Notes: generated from the sequence alone by a model not told the origin. DNA of 64,000 nt from Eledone cirrhosa (GCA_964016885.1 OZ024746.1:35278001-35342000); one strand, 5' to 3'; shown: positions 26,040 through 39,600, numbered from the stretch's first letter. Made by a program: numbers and translations.

Positions 26040-26200
26040 AAGGTAGCAAATTGGCAGCCATTATAACATTGGATAGAGTGCTTTTTGGTATGATTCATTC
26101 TGGCCTTTTCCTCCCTGAGTTCAAATCCGACCATGGTTGACTTTGCCATTCATCATTTCAAGGTTGATAAAAAGAAGTACCAGTCTAGTACTGGAGTTTA
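26040..26200 (+). mobile_element. SINE S1-related copy
   Basis: ctgagttcaaatccgaccatggttgactttgcc..gataaaaagaagtaccag. Confidence 0.65.
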
Positions 26201-26456
26201 CGTCTTCCTAATATCTCTTTCACACTACCTCTCTCTCACTTTCTATCCTTCGCTGGAAGAATTCTGTTGTACTCAGGCCTGGGGAGGGAGGGACTCTGCC
26301 AGGCATGAAATCCCAGGAGTTACAAAACCATACCGTTTTAAAACGAATCTGAATCCTTTTGCTAATTCAAGACATCCAAATCATTTTTTTATATTTATTC
26401 CCCATTTTTATCATAAATTTTCCTTTTTAAATATACATATAATTGACAAGGCTACT

Positions 26457-26612
<156 letters not shown>

Positions 26613-28514
26613 GTTTGGTGTAATAAAGTGTGAAATACTTAAAGCAAAACTATATAATCTGTCAACAGGGATTGCTACACAAATGATTTAAACCCTTGCT
26701 AAGACACTTCTCTGAAAGCAGGGATGGATTAAGTGATGGCCTAGCAACCTTTTCTAATCTTATGTTACAAAATCCAACTAAACAATGTGTACAGACTAAT
26801 GTGATGCAAAGGTTTAAAAGATAGAGGAAAACTTATTATATGCCTGAAATTATTTGATAAATCTGTGAAGAAATTTTTCATCCTTACACGATTGTACTGA
26901 CAAAAATTAACGACAAATTCCAATGAATTTTGTCAATTTTGCTGACTATTGGGTTCCGTATGTCCATATCAATGTATTTATATATCTTCTTTATTTAAAC
27001 CAGCATACGATTTTGTAAATATGGCAGAAGGAAAATACCTGAAAAGTGTGTTCTGCATATTAAATACAAATATGGTAGGTTCTCAAATATGTAATATAGT
27101 GAGTTCAAAATTTTTATCAACCAGCATTATCCCAACAATAAATACGAGAGATTATCCAAGCAATAAACACTCTAATTGCTTGAATAATCTGTTGTAAATA
27201 TAAGTATTTAGTATGCAGAACATTACTCTGAAGCATTTTCCTTCAGCCATATTGTTGATATCTACTAACACTCGGTGATTGTGTGCTTGTCTGTAATTTA
27301 ATACAGCCAAAATGGCACATAATAGGAAAATACTTTGAAAGGAAGTTGCCTCTGAAGTGGGAATACAAATGGAATAGAACAAGTTTCACATAAATCGGAG
27401 CACAGGTTCCTGAGATACAGGGTTTTACTGAGTACCTCCATAAATAGCCAACAACTACATGATGACCAATCAAATTGCTATTGCACTTACTGTTGTATTT
27501 CATTTCAGAAAGGCCTTAGTGCAGTCAAGTTAAAGACAGACAAGAAGAGATCCCACTGAATTAACAACAAGACCACTTGTGACCTGTTGTCATGTGTGGT
27601 CTAATATCAAATAAGTTTCTATATATTTCTTCTATTTTTTATTTTTTTATTTATCACTCATAGTCATGTCTATGAGAAGAACATGCCTTGTTTAAGGAGT
27701 CAAATCAGCATATGGCTTAAATACTAGAGCTACCACTGTCTGTATTGTCCAAACATTTTAATCAACTCATGTTGTTGGTGATAATTCACTTGCTTGCTGT
27801 TTTTCAGTTTTAAACCCACACAGACAGATTTTTGTCTCCTAATTGCTTGAATAATTTTAGTTGATTAAATATTTTCAACTTAGTTTATTACACAACTGAG
27901 ATTTTGTTGTATTTATAGAATTTTGTTGCTTAATAAGTAGCATATTAAATGGCAAAATTGTCCATTTAAGGAAAGAAAATTGATTTTTTTCCCACCATTT
28001 TTTAAAAATCTCTTCTAATAATAGTGTAAATATTTAATTCTGCAATACATATATATATAAATATTTATATACATATATATATATACATTCACACATGTAT
28101 TATGTATATAAATATATTACTAATCCTCTTTTTATAATCATTATCAACTCAAATTCAACTTTAATCCCATTACAAACTTCAGGTAAACGAATTATATTGA
28201 ATGCCATTCATGTCACCTGGCATGCAGTAATAAAATGTGTTGGTAGCATTTTTCTAAAGTTGCTGAAGATATTGGTATTTAGCCCTTCTATCACTTTGAA
28301 TGAGGTTAAGTAATACACATGCAACTTTAATGCTTTAAGACTAACTAGCTCTATAATTTTGTTGATTACATCATTAAGATTTTCTATCTAAAATGATTAG
28401 AGACATGTTCATATTGATCACCAACTATAGTATAGATTTTAATCCAATTTCTTAATATTGAGGCTTTCTCTGTTTGGCATATGGCACTTGTTCAAACATT
28501 TATATATAAATATA

Positions 28515-28720
28515 CATGCAGGCATGGCTGCATGGTTAAACAATTCATTTTACAGCCATATGGTTTCAAGTTTGGTTCAACATTGGGCAAGAGTCTAGGA
28601 TTGACTAAAGCCTTCATTTTGAGTGAAATTTGGCAAATAGAAACTGTAAGGAAGCCCATTTATATATATATATGTGTTTTTGTGTCTGTATGTTGGTGAT
28701 TGTATTTATGTCCCAAAATT
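28515..28720 (+). mobile_element. SINE family S3, degenerate
   Basis: gcaggcatggctgcatggttaa...ttgggcaag...gaaactgtaaggaagcccat with a TA/TG tail; a similar remnant at ~35895-36060. Confidence 0.5.
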
Positions 28721-28789
28721 TTATAGTTGGATAAATAGCCACAGAATTTCAAAATTAAGAACTGATGCCAAAATGATAAACTAATTCCC

Positions 28790-30552
28790 TTTAACATGGT
28801 GCACCAGCACTGTCTTGGTTCATGGAACACGATTAAAAGTATATATATATATATATACACTCTAAAATACTGCACCAACAGATGCTGCCACTTTCAGTCA
28901 CTTAACGCCTGTAGCTTTCAGCCAAGGAGAGAAGTTATTAGGTGGTGTCCAATACTTAGATATTTCTGCATTCAACCTCAACTGGTCAAGATGTCAGTAA
29001 GTGCCTGAAAAATATTTTCAGCCGATCATCTATATATTCCTGTGATAAATGCAGTATTGTTGCCACTGCTTCCTTCCACTCGGCACTTCGTCACCGAGCA
29101 ATCATTATCCATGCATATCACATGTTCCATACCACCACTGTCGTCTCATTTGCACATATATCTGATTCTTTTTATACCCAGTTTTTTCTCTCTGTTCAGC
29201 CAAGCTTTACCGTTGATGCACATTAACAATGCACATCCATTGAAGTATGGCCACTTCATTTCTCTCTAGTCTTTATATATCCTCTGCATTTATTGCCCAT
29301 GTCTCACTACCACACAACATTGCACATTACACAAAGGCAAGCCTTTTATTCATAGAAAGTAGCCTTTTGTTATAAATAGAGCTAGTAGCTACATGCATTT
29401 TTTCCATCCCATTCTTCTTATTGATGCTTTTAGAGTTAAGAGAACCATCTTTCATTGCTAAATAGATCACATAGGTTGCTGAAATTATCAACCACTTCTA
29501 TTGATACTATCTGGGATTGGAAACAATTCATCTCACAGATGCTCTTACTACAACTATCCCTCTTCATCTTCAACTTAAACATCTTCTTTTCCTGTTAGTC
29601 TCCCTTCTATCCCACTACAAGATTTACATTGTGTTAATTGTATAAAGTGTCTGCTTATTCCTCTTCTACATATCAAGCAATGCCACTTCCCTGATGAGAT
29701 CAGGATATTGTCTTACTTACTAAAACTTTGGTGTATGCCATGTTTACTGAGATCCTTAGATTTGATACGATTTTCACAATCAAAAATTTCTTCTCTAGTT
29801 CATACATAGTTTCATGTATAAAAGCTAGATCATGACCTCATTACCTATTCTTTCTTTGGAAATAACTCTTAAATACATACACAGTTGGGACTGCTCCTGC
29901 AAGCCATTCTTCTACACCTAGATTTCTTAGGAACCATCAAATGAAAATCATGCTACTCTGTCAAAAGCCCTTTCTAAATAATCAAATCTTACAGAAGCTT
30001 ACTCTTACCTAGGTTTTGTTGGCACAAAACCAGACCATCATATCTAATTTGACTTTTTCCCTAATTAGCTTTTACAACTTTTTATGTCACTTTCTTAACT
30101 TGGTCTATTAGTTTTCTACCCCTGTAGATGCTCTTTTTCACTTGTAGCTGTTAAGGAATATACTGTTGCACCAGTCATTAGGTATGACACTTTCCTGAAT
30201 TACTTGAATGAATGTGTGGGTGACTGTTTCATCTCCTACCTTCTCTGATGCTTTCAGCATTCCAGTCACTATTTCTGCTGGTCCGGTTGCTTTACCATTT
30301 TCCAGCCCCTAGATTGTTTCTTTCTTCCTTTTGTTCTTTGCTAGTCCTACATGTAGAGATAATTGTTAGCATTTTATTGCCCATGACTATACTGAGCTTG
30401 ATAAGTCTGCCACTTACTCTAACTACATCATTTACCTTATCTATCCACTTCTCAGCTAGTTGAATGCCGACTGCACCAACCCCATCATCATTTCCTACCC
30501 TGAAAAGCTTATTATATATACATAGTGTGTATCTACTGCTATCTGAAGTCAC
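28790..30552 (-). pseudogene. Old, deleted and decayed RTE LINE copy
   Basis: ORF 30292-30552 (KLFRVGNDDGVGAVGIQLAEKWIDKV) aligns with the APE of the 33814-35247 ORF; MLCGSETWA at ~29295-29320. Confidence 0.8.
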
Positions 30553-30729
30553 ACATTGATATGCTTATTTGATTTATTTTTCTGGTTTAATCTTTTAATC
30601 TGGATTTTGATTAAGTTTTTTTATTTGAGGAGTGGTGGCAATGAAGTAAGCAAGCAAATCTAGAAAACGTATGTGCATGTTGCTTTATATATATGTATAT
30701 ATATGTACATTTCTATGTATGTATATATA

Positions 30730-30769
<40 letters not shown>

Positions 30770-30884
30770 CACAGACTCGCACACACATCATCATCATTAT
30801 TATCTTAAAATGATTATAAGCTATGTGTATGCATTTCATATATGTTCATGCATGTGTGTGCATGCTAGTATGTGTGTATATAAA

Positions 30885-31570
30885 TATATAATTTATATAT
30901 ATATTATATATTATTTATATATATATTATTTATATATATATATATTATATATTATTTATATATATATATATTATATATTATTTATATATATATATATTAT
31001 ATATTATTTATATATATATATTATATATTATTTATATATATATATTATATATTATTTATATATATATATATTATATATTATTTATATATATATATTATAT
31101 ATTATTTATATATATTATATATTATTTATATATATATATATATTATATATTATTTATATATATATATATTATATATTATTTATATATATATATATATTAT
31201 ATATTATTTATATATATATATATTATATATTATTTATATATATATATTATATATTATTTATATATATATATATTATATATTATTTATATATATATATATA
31301 TTATATATTATTTATATATTTATATATTATTTATATATATATATATATTATATATTATTTATATATATATATATTATATATTATTTATATATATATATAT
31401 TATATATTATTTATATATATATATATTATATATTATTTATATATATATATATTATATATTATTTATTTATATATATATATATTATATATTATTTATATAT
31501 ATATATATATATATTATATATTATATATATATATATTATATATATATATATTATATATATATATATATAT
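30885..31570. repeat. Pure A/T compound microsatellite with a higher-order unit (tattatatattatt + (ta)n)
   Basis: ~680 bp with no G or C. Confidence 0.95.
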
Positions 31571-32068
31571 TAAAAATTAGAATTGGAGCTCTGAAATAGC
31601 AATATATATATGGATGTATATATGATGTATTTTGCAATACACTTTATGCTTAATTAAAAGCATTTTGAAGACCGTAAGCTATTGTTTTAAAGTAGTGACA
31701 AATTCACTCACTCTGATCTCAGCAAACAGGGGAGATAAGCCGACATGACATGTTTCGCTTTTGTTGAAGCTTATCAAGGCCAACTACCCCACCTGTCTAC
31801 TGAGATCAATGATGTTATATTCTTATAGAAATCTAGTAAATAATCAGGAGCTGATTATGCAGAGCGGTGTTGGTCAGGCAGAAATTAAAAATTAGAATTG
31901 GAGCTCTGAAATAGCAATATATATATGGATGTATATATGATGTCATGTCGGCTTATCTCCCCCGTTTGCTGAGATCAGAGTGAGTGAATTTGTCACTACT
32001 TTAAAACAATAGCTTACGGTCTTCAAAATGCTTTTAATTAAGCATAAAGTGTATTGCAAAATACATCA
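31570..32068 (-). mobile_element. Penelope-style module, family F: partial tandem plus 5' inversion
   Basis: Direct repeat 31570-31628 and 31886-31943; inverted repeat 31622-31750 and 31941-32068; abuts the TA array. Confidence 0.8.
31738..31781 (-). ncRNA. Type I hammerhead, U3-A8 core variant (family F)
   Basis: Minus: GGCC TTGATAA GCTT caacaa AAGC GAAA CAT gtc ATG TC GGCT; GUC cleavage triplet. Confidence 0.7.
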
Positions 32069-32290
32069 GTTTTTACCTTGTTGCCTACACGGCCACATTA
32101 CAGCGTGCACTGTGTGTTTTTTTGTCGTGACACCTACACGATCTCATTTGTTTCGGCCTGGATGGTGTGGCACCAACATAACTTTACATAGAACGGGGTG
32201 GTGTGGATGGGGTGGGGGTGGTGGAACGGGGGGGGGGGGGGGGGGGGTTGTTAGAGATGCCTACTGGCTGTAGTAGGTTTTACTATGTAT

Positions 32291-32845
32291 TTAGGTAAGG
32301 CGGGTCTTCTCTGTTACTGAGTACCGCCAAAGGTCTCGGTCCAGTGACATTGTCTTGGAGAGGTGTAAGTGTGTGAGGTCGGAGTTTATCAGCTCGTCCC
32401 AGGTTTTTCTAGGTCTGCCTATTCGGTGGCTACCGTCTATCTTTATTGCCCTGCACTTTGTTATAGAGCTATCGACTTTCATGCGCATCACGTGTCCATA
32501 CCAACGTAGCCTTCTCTCGAGTAAACATCTGATCCCTCTTATTTCTAATTTTTTCCTTAGTTCGTTTATGCTTTGCCGTTCACGTATATTACTGTTACAC
32601 ATCCAGCGGAGCATGCAAGCTTCGTTCCTCTCTAGTCTGCGTATATCCTCTGCACACAATGCCCAGGTCTCACTGCCATGCAACATTGCTGTTCGTATGC
32701 AGGCATCGTACAACCTGCCTTTCATTTTTAGGGAGAACCCTTTAGCAGCTAATAGTGGTATAAGCTCTCTGAACTTTTTCCAACCAGTTCTGACTCTAGC
32801 TACTGTACTTTCAGAGCACCCTCCCCCACTGCTGATTTTTATCAC
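32291..32845 (-). pseudogene. RTE ORF fragment: C-terminal region
   Basis: MLHGSETW, RRLRWYGHVMR, GRPRKTW. Confidence 0.9.
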
Positions 32846-33509
32846 CTAGGTAACGGAAACTGTCCACTATTTCTATAGAACCCTCTGCGCAATTGAAAGA
32901 GCTAGTATTTTGTGGGCACTTGCTGCTACTTATTGCACCAGAGCACCGGCCACATGTAAAATCTATGTTCTTAGTTAGCTTACCTGTGATCCCACTACAT
33001 CTTTTATGCACCCATACTTTGCATTTAGGACATAAAATGGAGTTTCTACCTACGCCTTTCCTACACACCGAGCACGACCATTTCCCAGAAGGGACCGCCG
33101 CCTTATTTTCTTTCCTACAAACTAGAACTTTAGTCTTAGCCAGGTTAATTTTAAGGCCTTTTGATTCTAGGCCGTGCTTCCATGTTTGGAATTTCTTCTC
33201 TAGCTCGGCCATTGATTCCGCTATGAGTGTCAGGTCGTCTGCGTATAGGAGTTCCCATGGGCAGCCGGTCTTGAACTCCTCTGTTATAGCCTGAAGGGCA
33301 ATAATAAATAGTAGGGGGCTGAGAACAGAGCCCTGATGGACGCCAACTTTTACGCTAAACTCTTCACTATATTCGTTGTTAATTCTAACCTTGCTGACTG
33401 TTTCTTTATACATGGCTTGTATAGCTCTCACAAGCCATTCGTCAACGCCTAGTTTTCTAAGAGCCCACCAGATAATGGAGCGGGGGACTCTGTCGAAGGC
33501 TTTCTCCAA
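32811..33509 (-). pseudogene. RTE ORF fragment: reverse transcriptase core plus C4HC3 finger
   Basis: KAFDRVPR, GVHQGSVLSP, YADD, followed by CSVC..CPKC..H..C..CGRC. Confidence 0.9.
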
Positions 33510-33813
33510 GTCGACAAAAGCTAAGTAGAGGGGTTTACCTTTAGCTAGGTACTTCTCCTGTAGTTGTCGTACAATGAAAAGAGCGTCTGTGGTATTTTGC
33601 CTGACACAAACCCGAACTACATTTCATCTAGGTCAATTCTCTCTCTGATTAGTTGTGCTGTTACTTTTTCCGTGACCTTCATGACCTGGTCGATTAATTT
33701 AATGCCTCTATAGTTACTCCTATCTAGGGCGTCTCCTTTACCCTTATAACAGTTAACGATGATGCTGCTATGCCAGTCCTTCGGAACAACCCCATTCTGT
33801 ACGACTTGGTTAA

Positions 33814-35247
33814 CTATCGGGTGACCATGGTGTGTCCCACCGTACCAGATGCCTTCAGCATCTCAGCAACTATTTCCGAAGGCCCAGCCGCCTTACCCGT
33901 CTTCATATCCTTGATTGCCTTACTTATTATACTCCCCTCGACTAACACTGCTGGTCCCTCTATTGGGTCGATATGAGGGAGACTGTCTTTCTCCCATTTA
34001 TTCTCCTCATTTAGTAGCCTTTCATAGTGACACTTCCAAGCTACCTTCTTATCAGCGTCGGTGATGGCAAGTGTGCCATCATCGTTTAGTACACACTTCT
34101 CCCCGACAATATCACGGTTTTCCTTGACGCATTGCCTAGCAATCCTGAACACCTCACGTGTTTGGTCATCGCGTTGTAGAACATGCTTGAACTTTCTTTC
34201 CTCAGCTTCCCTTCTTGCTAAGTACACTTGTCTACTAGCTTCCCTCCTGGCCACTTGATAGTCTTCTCTACTTCCCCCATCCCGCCATACTTTCCAAGCC
34301 TGCTTTTTGGCCTTAATTGACCCCTCCACCTTACTGTTCCACCACCATGTTACTCTCCACCTGCCTACAAGCCTGCTCCAGCCACAGACTTCGTCTGTCG
34401 CCAACAGCAGGTTTGCTTTCAGAAATTCCCACTCTCCCTCTATATTGTCCGACTCTAAATGTTCTTCCTTACTGTCGAAAGCATCAAGTAATATGCTTTG
34501 AAATTTATTCCTGACTGTGGGGTCCTTTAGCTTCCATATTTTTCTCCTGAGGATAGTTCTCTTCTGCTGTCGAGTACGTCTCGTCCTGACTATGAGGTCG
34601 CTAATTATCGGTCTATGCTGGGAGGTGCATTCTTCATGGCGGAGGGATTTAGTGTTTACAACAGACACTCTATCACGTCTTCTGGTAAGGATATAATCTA
34701 CCTGGCTTGTGTGTTCCCCGGATCTATAGGTGATCAGGTGATTGTCACGTTTTTTGAAGTTAGTGTTACAGATAGTTAGGTTATTTGCATCACAGAATTC
34801 CAGGATTCTGGAGCCTTCCTCATTTCTAGTACCAAACCCATACCCTCCATGGATTTCGTCGTAGCCGTCACAATGTTGTCCAACGTGACCATTTAGGTCG
34901 CCTGCAATAATTATATAGTCACTGTCGGATATTTGGGAGGTAGTTAACATCAGTGTCTCATAGAATCTGTCTTTTATAGTGCCGGGCAGTCCGGATTGGG
35001 GTGCGTACGCAGATATTACTGTCACCGTAGTTCTATTGAGGACAAGTTGTATTTTAATTATTCTGTCGTTCACTCTATTTACGTCTATTATCTTATCTGC
35101 CCACTTTTCTGCTACCATGATTCCTGCTCCACCCAGCCCATCGTCGTTTCCCACCCAGAAAAGCTTATAACATCGTTTTTTACCCTCAATGAATCTAGCA
35201 GATCCACCCCTCCACCTGGTCTCTTGAATACAACAAACATCGACCAA
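33814..35247 (-). pseudogene. RTE ORF fragment: apurinic-like endonuclease and linker
   Basis: 477-aa ORF with APE motifs; lacks the N-terminal strand of the domain. Confidence 0.9.
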
Positions 35248-37121
35248 ACCTTAATTCCTAGCGTATTTTCAAACCTCAATTCCTAATTCTAGCGTATTTT
35301 CAAAACAAAACAAAATCCTTTCCCTTCTTCCTTCTTTCGAAACTCTAAACTCCCGCTTCCTCGACCCCCCCCCCCCTTCCCTCTACTTCGCGAGGGCATG
35401 GCGGTCAACCGCCCAATACACACACATCATGCGGCCAACCCCAACCCCCTATCTCTCTCTCTCTTAGCTCTCTCTCTCTATATATATATAAGATAGAAAT
35501 TCACTTCGCCAAATTTCATTACATTGCTGTCTTCCCCCACGATATTCATGTAACGTAATGTACATATTTTTCTTTCATCTCTACCTCCACACTCCTATTT
35601 CGTATCAAGTCCAAATAGCCAATCTATTGCTAAAACAATCTACATTTTTTGTATCATTAATTGTTAGATACGAAAGTTTTTGTCGTATTGAACAGAGCAA
35701 ATTTTGTATTTTTGTTAATCGCTTGTTAAATACAAGGACCCCATTCAATCATTACCTTCTATCTGCTAGATTCATTGAGGGTAAAAAACGATGTTAATAT
35801 ATATTATATATATATATATATATATTATATATATTATATATATATTTATATATATATATGGATACAGAATGATAGGCACATGGATAGATATATAGATATA
35901 GGTGTAAATAGATGTGGGATTAAGAAGTTCACTTTGCAACAATATGAGTCCCTACTCAATCATATTCTATAATATTTGTGGATGTATTATTTCATATAAC
36001 TCATGTTGACCAAAGTATTTTGATTAAATTTGAGTAAATAGAAAATGGTTAAGCTCATCAGATGAACTCTATTTGATTTAAAGAAGCAATTTTCTAATAT
36101 GCTCATTTTGATTTAGGATTACATGAATGGTACAACTTCCTCAGCTATTTAAAATATAATTCAATGACTAGTTAGTTCACTTCTTTGAGGGACTAGATTA
36201 CTTGTCAAAACCAATAGCTTTATTTCCTCATTCATATAAAAGATGTGTGTATTTCAGTATATAAGCATTAACATATGTGTGTGTATGTATATATGTTTAT
36301 ATATGTACAAGTGTGTGTATATATATATGTATATACACACACACACACATATATATGGGTATGTGTTTCTGTATAAGTGTATATCTATGTATGTATATAT
36401 ATTTTTATATACAAATATGTATATGGTTTTGCTATCTAAATTTTGGCTATCTCTACACTGCCTAAGTGATTTTACTTTATCTAACACCTGCCAGGCCATC
36501 CAAGGAAGTGTAGTGAGCCAGAGGTGTTGGTGGTCATGGTTTTATGATCTTTGTATCTTAGCAACAGCTAATGCTGTTAGGTAATCTTTATGTACGAAAG
36601 TAGGGCAGTAGATAACATTAATACCGAATGTGTTTAGATAATACTCATGGTAGCAGAAGTATATTGAATACACAGTTATATAAACTCAGATATAAGTTTA
36701 TATGCAAAAATTGTGTGTGGGGTATGCACACAAATACTCACACACATATTAATATGTAGACATATGCACACAAAAACATATTGAAATAACATGCTTATTC
36801 CTGCATTGTATGTGTATGATTTATATACAGTATATTCTCAGTATTTGTGCATGGAGGGATGAAAGGCTGTTACTAGCAATCAAACTTCATTCTATGCACC
36901 AGGCTTTCACTAATAATTGTAGTGGCCATGTAGTTGCAATCACACCTTTAAATATGGTGTCTAGGAGATGTGGGGTTTTGATTCCTCCTAGCAGCTGGTG
37001 GGCACTTCTTTTTCCATCTTCATCCTATTTTATATTTATGTGTAATATTTATATATATATATATATATGTGTGTGTGAATGTATCTATATATATAGGTAT
37101 ATATATATATATATATATATG

Positions 37122-37588
37122 TAATACAATATATTAACAAATGGAAACTATATTTATAAAACCATATTTATTTCATTATACATATTTCAAGGGCCACTAA
37201 AGCAGATTATGGTGCGCTTTCATCAGATAACATATAATATAGATTAGTTTTATAAATAAATATTGACATACCCTGAAAAAATGCAACCTTCACGGTTGGA
37301 GTCTCCTGGATAGTCAGGAGACTCCAACCGTGAAGGTTGCATTTTTTCAGGGTATGTCAATATTTATTTATAAAACTAATCTATATTATATGTTATCTGA
37401 TGAAAGCGCACCATAATCTGCTTTGGTGGCCCTTGAAATATGTATAATGAAATAAATATGGTTTTATAAATATAGTTTCCATTTGTTAATATAATGTATT
37501 TTTACTCCAATAATGTGTTGAGTGCTTTATATCAGTTATAAAAATATTTTGCTTGTTGTATCCCAACAAATTAAGTATAACCTCTACA
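37122..37588. mobile_element. Family D palindromic module, copy 2
   Basis: Arms ~37125-37308 and 37315-37499; unique extension on the right is homologous to 15087-15178 reversed; TA tracts on both sides. Confidence 0.85.
37389..37454 (+). ncRNA. Minimal type I hammerhead, family D copy 2 (mirror at 37169-37234, minus)
   Basis: tatgttat CTGATGA AAG..CACCA..TGGTG..CTT GAAA TATGTA TA atgaaata. Confidence 0.75.
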
Positions 37589-37609
37589 TATATATATGTA
37601 TATATATAT

Positions 37610-37755
37610 AAATGAAGAATTAGAAATAGAAGTTAGGAATATCCGTCATCAGTTGTCTACTAGCCATCTTATGTATTTCTTCGCATTTCCTAACTTCTAT
37701 TTCTAATTCTTCATTTATTATACTTAAATGCAACAACACAGCTCGCCATTTTTCA
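37610..37755. mobile_element. (TA)n-adjacent fold-back module, family H, with a CTGATGA half-core
   Basis: aaatgaagaattagaaatagaagttaggaa inverted at ~37687-37716; the spacer has minus-strand CTGATGA CGG. Confidence 0.55.
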
Positions 37756-37791
37756 TTTATATGTGTGTGTGTAGATATAGGTGTATATATA

Positions 37792-37825
<34 letters not shown>

Positions 37826-37984
37826 CACATCTTTACACACCACGCATCTCAACGTACACCCACTTAACATCTCTCTCTCCACCACCGGATCTTGTTACCC
37901 GGAGATTTACCCATTTGCATTGTCGAGGCTTCCAAACGACTTAAAGATATTTATTTATTATTCCACAATGCTTCAAGCAAACTT

Positions 37985-38025
<41 letters not shown>

Positions 38026-38509
38026 CATGTGTATGCATATATATATTTATAAATGTTTGTGTATATAAGTGTGTCTGTGCGCGTAGGTTATTCTGTAGTT
38101 TTGTTGAATTCTGGAGGTGACACCAATATAAGGACTCAATGCTATTACACGATCAAGGTGATTCTCAAGGAAGATTGCAGTTCTCCTGATATCTGTGTGT
38201 TATTTATTTCCAATCAGCTGAGTTTATATATTATGTACCCGATAAAGAATATAAAATTTAAAATGTTTTATTTCACATGGAACATAAAGTATGCGTCACA
38301 GACCATAGGCTCAAGGGCTTTTTTGATGTGATAAACCTCATTTCAGTATTGATCTGCTCATCAAACAGAGGTCTAAATTAAAACATTTCACATTTATATA
38401 GACATTGAACCAAATATCTTTGAAACATATGTAACATTCAATGGTGAACAAAATATTCTAAAGTGAAAATCTTCAATATCTCATTCATATTCTATATATA
38501 AATATATAT

Positions 38510-38545
<36 letters not shown>

Positions 38546-38919
38546 TTGTATATATCTAAGTATGAATATCTATTTACACACACACCCACGCACGCACGCA
38601 CACACACACACACACACATATTTATAATTTTGATTAATTACAGGATTTTTTGATCACTTCTAAGTATTTCCGTTGTAAGTCAAAGAAAATAGACCAGTAA
38701 TATTTCTCATTCTGCCAGGTGTTCTGATAAGACAAAGCTACACAAATATATTGTAACACCATCCTTATGATTGCCATCAAAAGCACTATCACCATCAGTA
38801 ATTAAGGCATTTTAATGTATACTCTCTCACTGTATCTCACTCTTTCCTACACATATGTATGGATGTCTATTTCACCCCCCCTACTCTCGTCTCCTTCTCA
38901 ATCCCTCTCTCTGTGTATT

Positions 38920-38951
<32 letters not shown>

Positions 38952-39367
38952 GAGAGAGAGAGACTTAATATAAACATACACTCCAAAGGTTACATGCATA
39001 GAATAGACATAAAGGCGAGTTATGCGTCGGCGTTCATTGATGAAATCACTTCAGGAAGAACCACGAGGAAACCATGTAATGAAAGTAAGTTTGTATACTT
39101 GTTTTGCTTCCTACTTTCCACACATAGACTTGTTTGTCTTTATTGAGTTATTCTTTGGTGAAACTTATTCCAGCTCTGTTTCTTCCATTTTTGCTATATA
39201 TACTATGTTGTCCTTCACAGTAGGGGTGTAATTTATAAGTAGCTAGGCTGTTATTTCTAGCTTTTCAATCAACTGAATCCTCCATTGCAAACTGGGGATG
39301 GAGCAAGCTAGTCAACAAAGACATAAAGCTTTTAGCAAAATCCTATATGATGATGATAGATATATAT

Positions 39368-39600
39368 ATGATCATCGTTGCCATACAATGTCCCTTTTCC
39401 AAGCTAGCATGGTTTAGTCAAGCTGTCCCTCTGTGGGACAAGCCACATCGAATGACCATGTCTTGCTCATACAGAACTGATTTTAGCTTGGTTTCTATGG
39501 TGGGATGCCCTTCCTAATGCCAACCATATTTACAGGGAGTACTGGGTGATTTTTGTCATATCACCACAGTGTGTACTGCGGACTTGGGTGGAGCAGTGCA
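39368..39600 (-). mobile_element. RTE 3'-tail fragment or RTE-tailed SINE
   Basis: ggatgcccttcctaatgccaacc..tactgggtg; related sequence at 41520-41760 and reversed at 43425-43620; partly similar to the RTE 3' UTR at ~32090-32130. Confidence 0.55.

Larger units (their letters stand above)
32070..35247 (-). mobile_element. RTE-clade non-LTR retrotransposon, 5'-truncated, about 3 frameshifts
   Basis: APE motifs (IQETRW, AYAPQ, AGDLNGHVG, SQVDYIL, SQHRP), RT motifs (LEKAFD, GVHQGSVLSP, LLYADD) and C-terminal GSETW..RLRWYGHV..GRPRKTW over ORFs 33814-35247, 32811-33509 and 32291-32845; 3' UTR to ~32070. Confidence 0.95.

Noticed and set aside
27508-27610. Possible coding exon after a strong acceptor
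   Set aside because: Early stop in the frame examined, no clear donor and no recognisable protein similarity
30693-31580. 295-aa ORF
   Set aside because: Translation of a pure A/T microsatellite
32355-35286. Plus-strand ORFs overlapping the RTE
   Set aside because: Antisense shadows of the RTE coding frame
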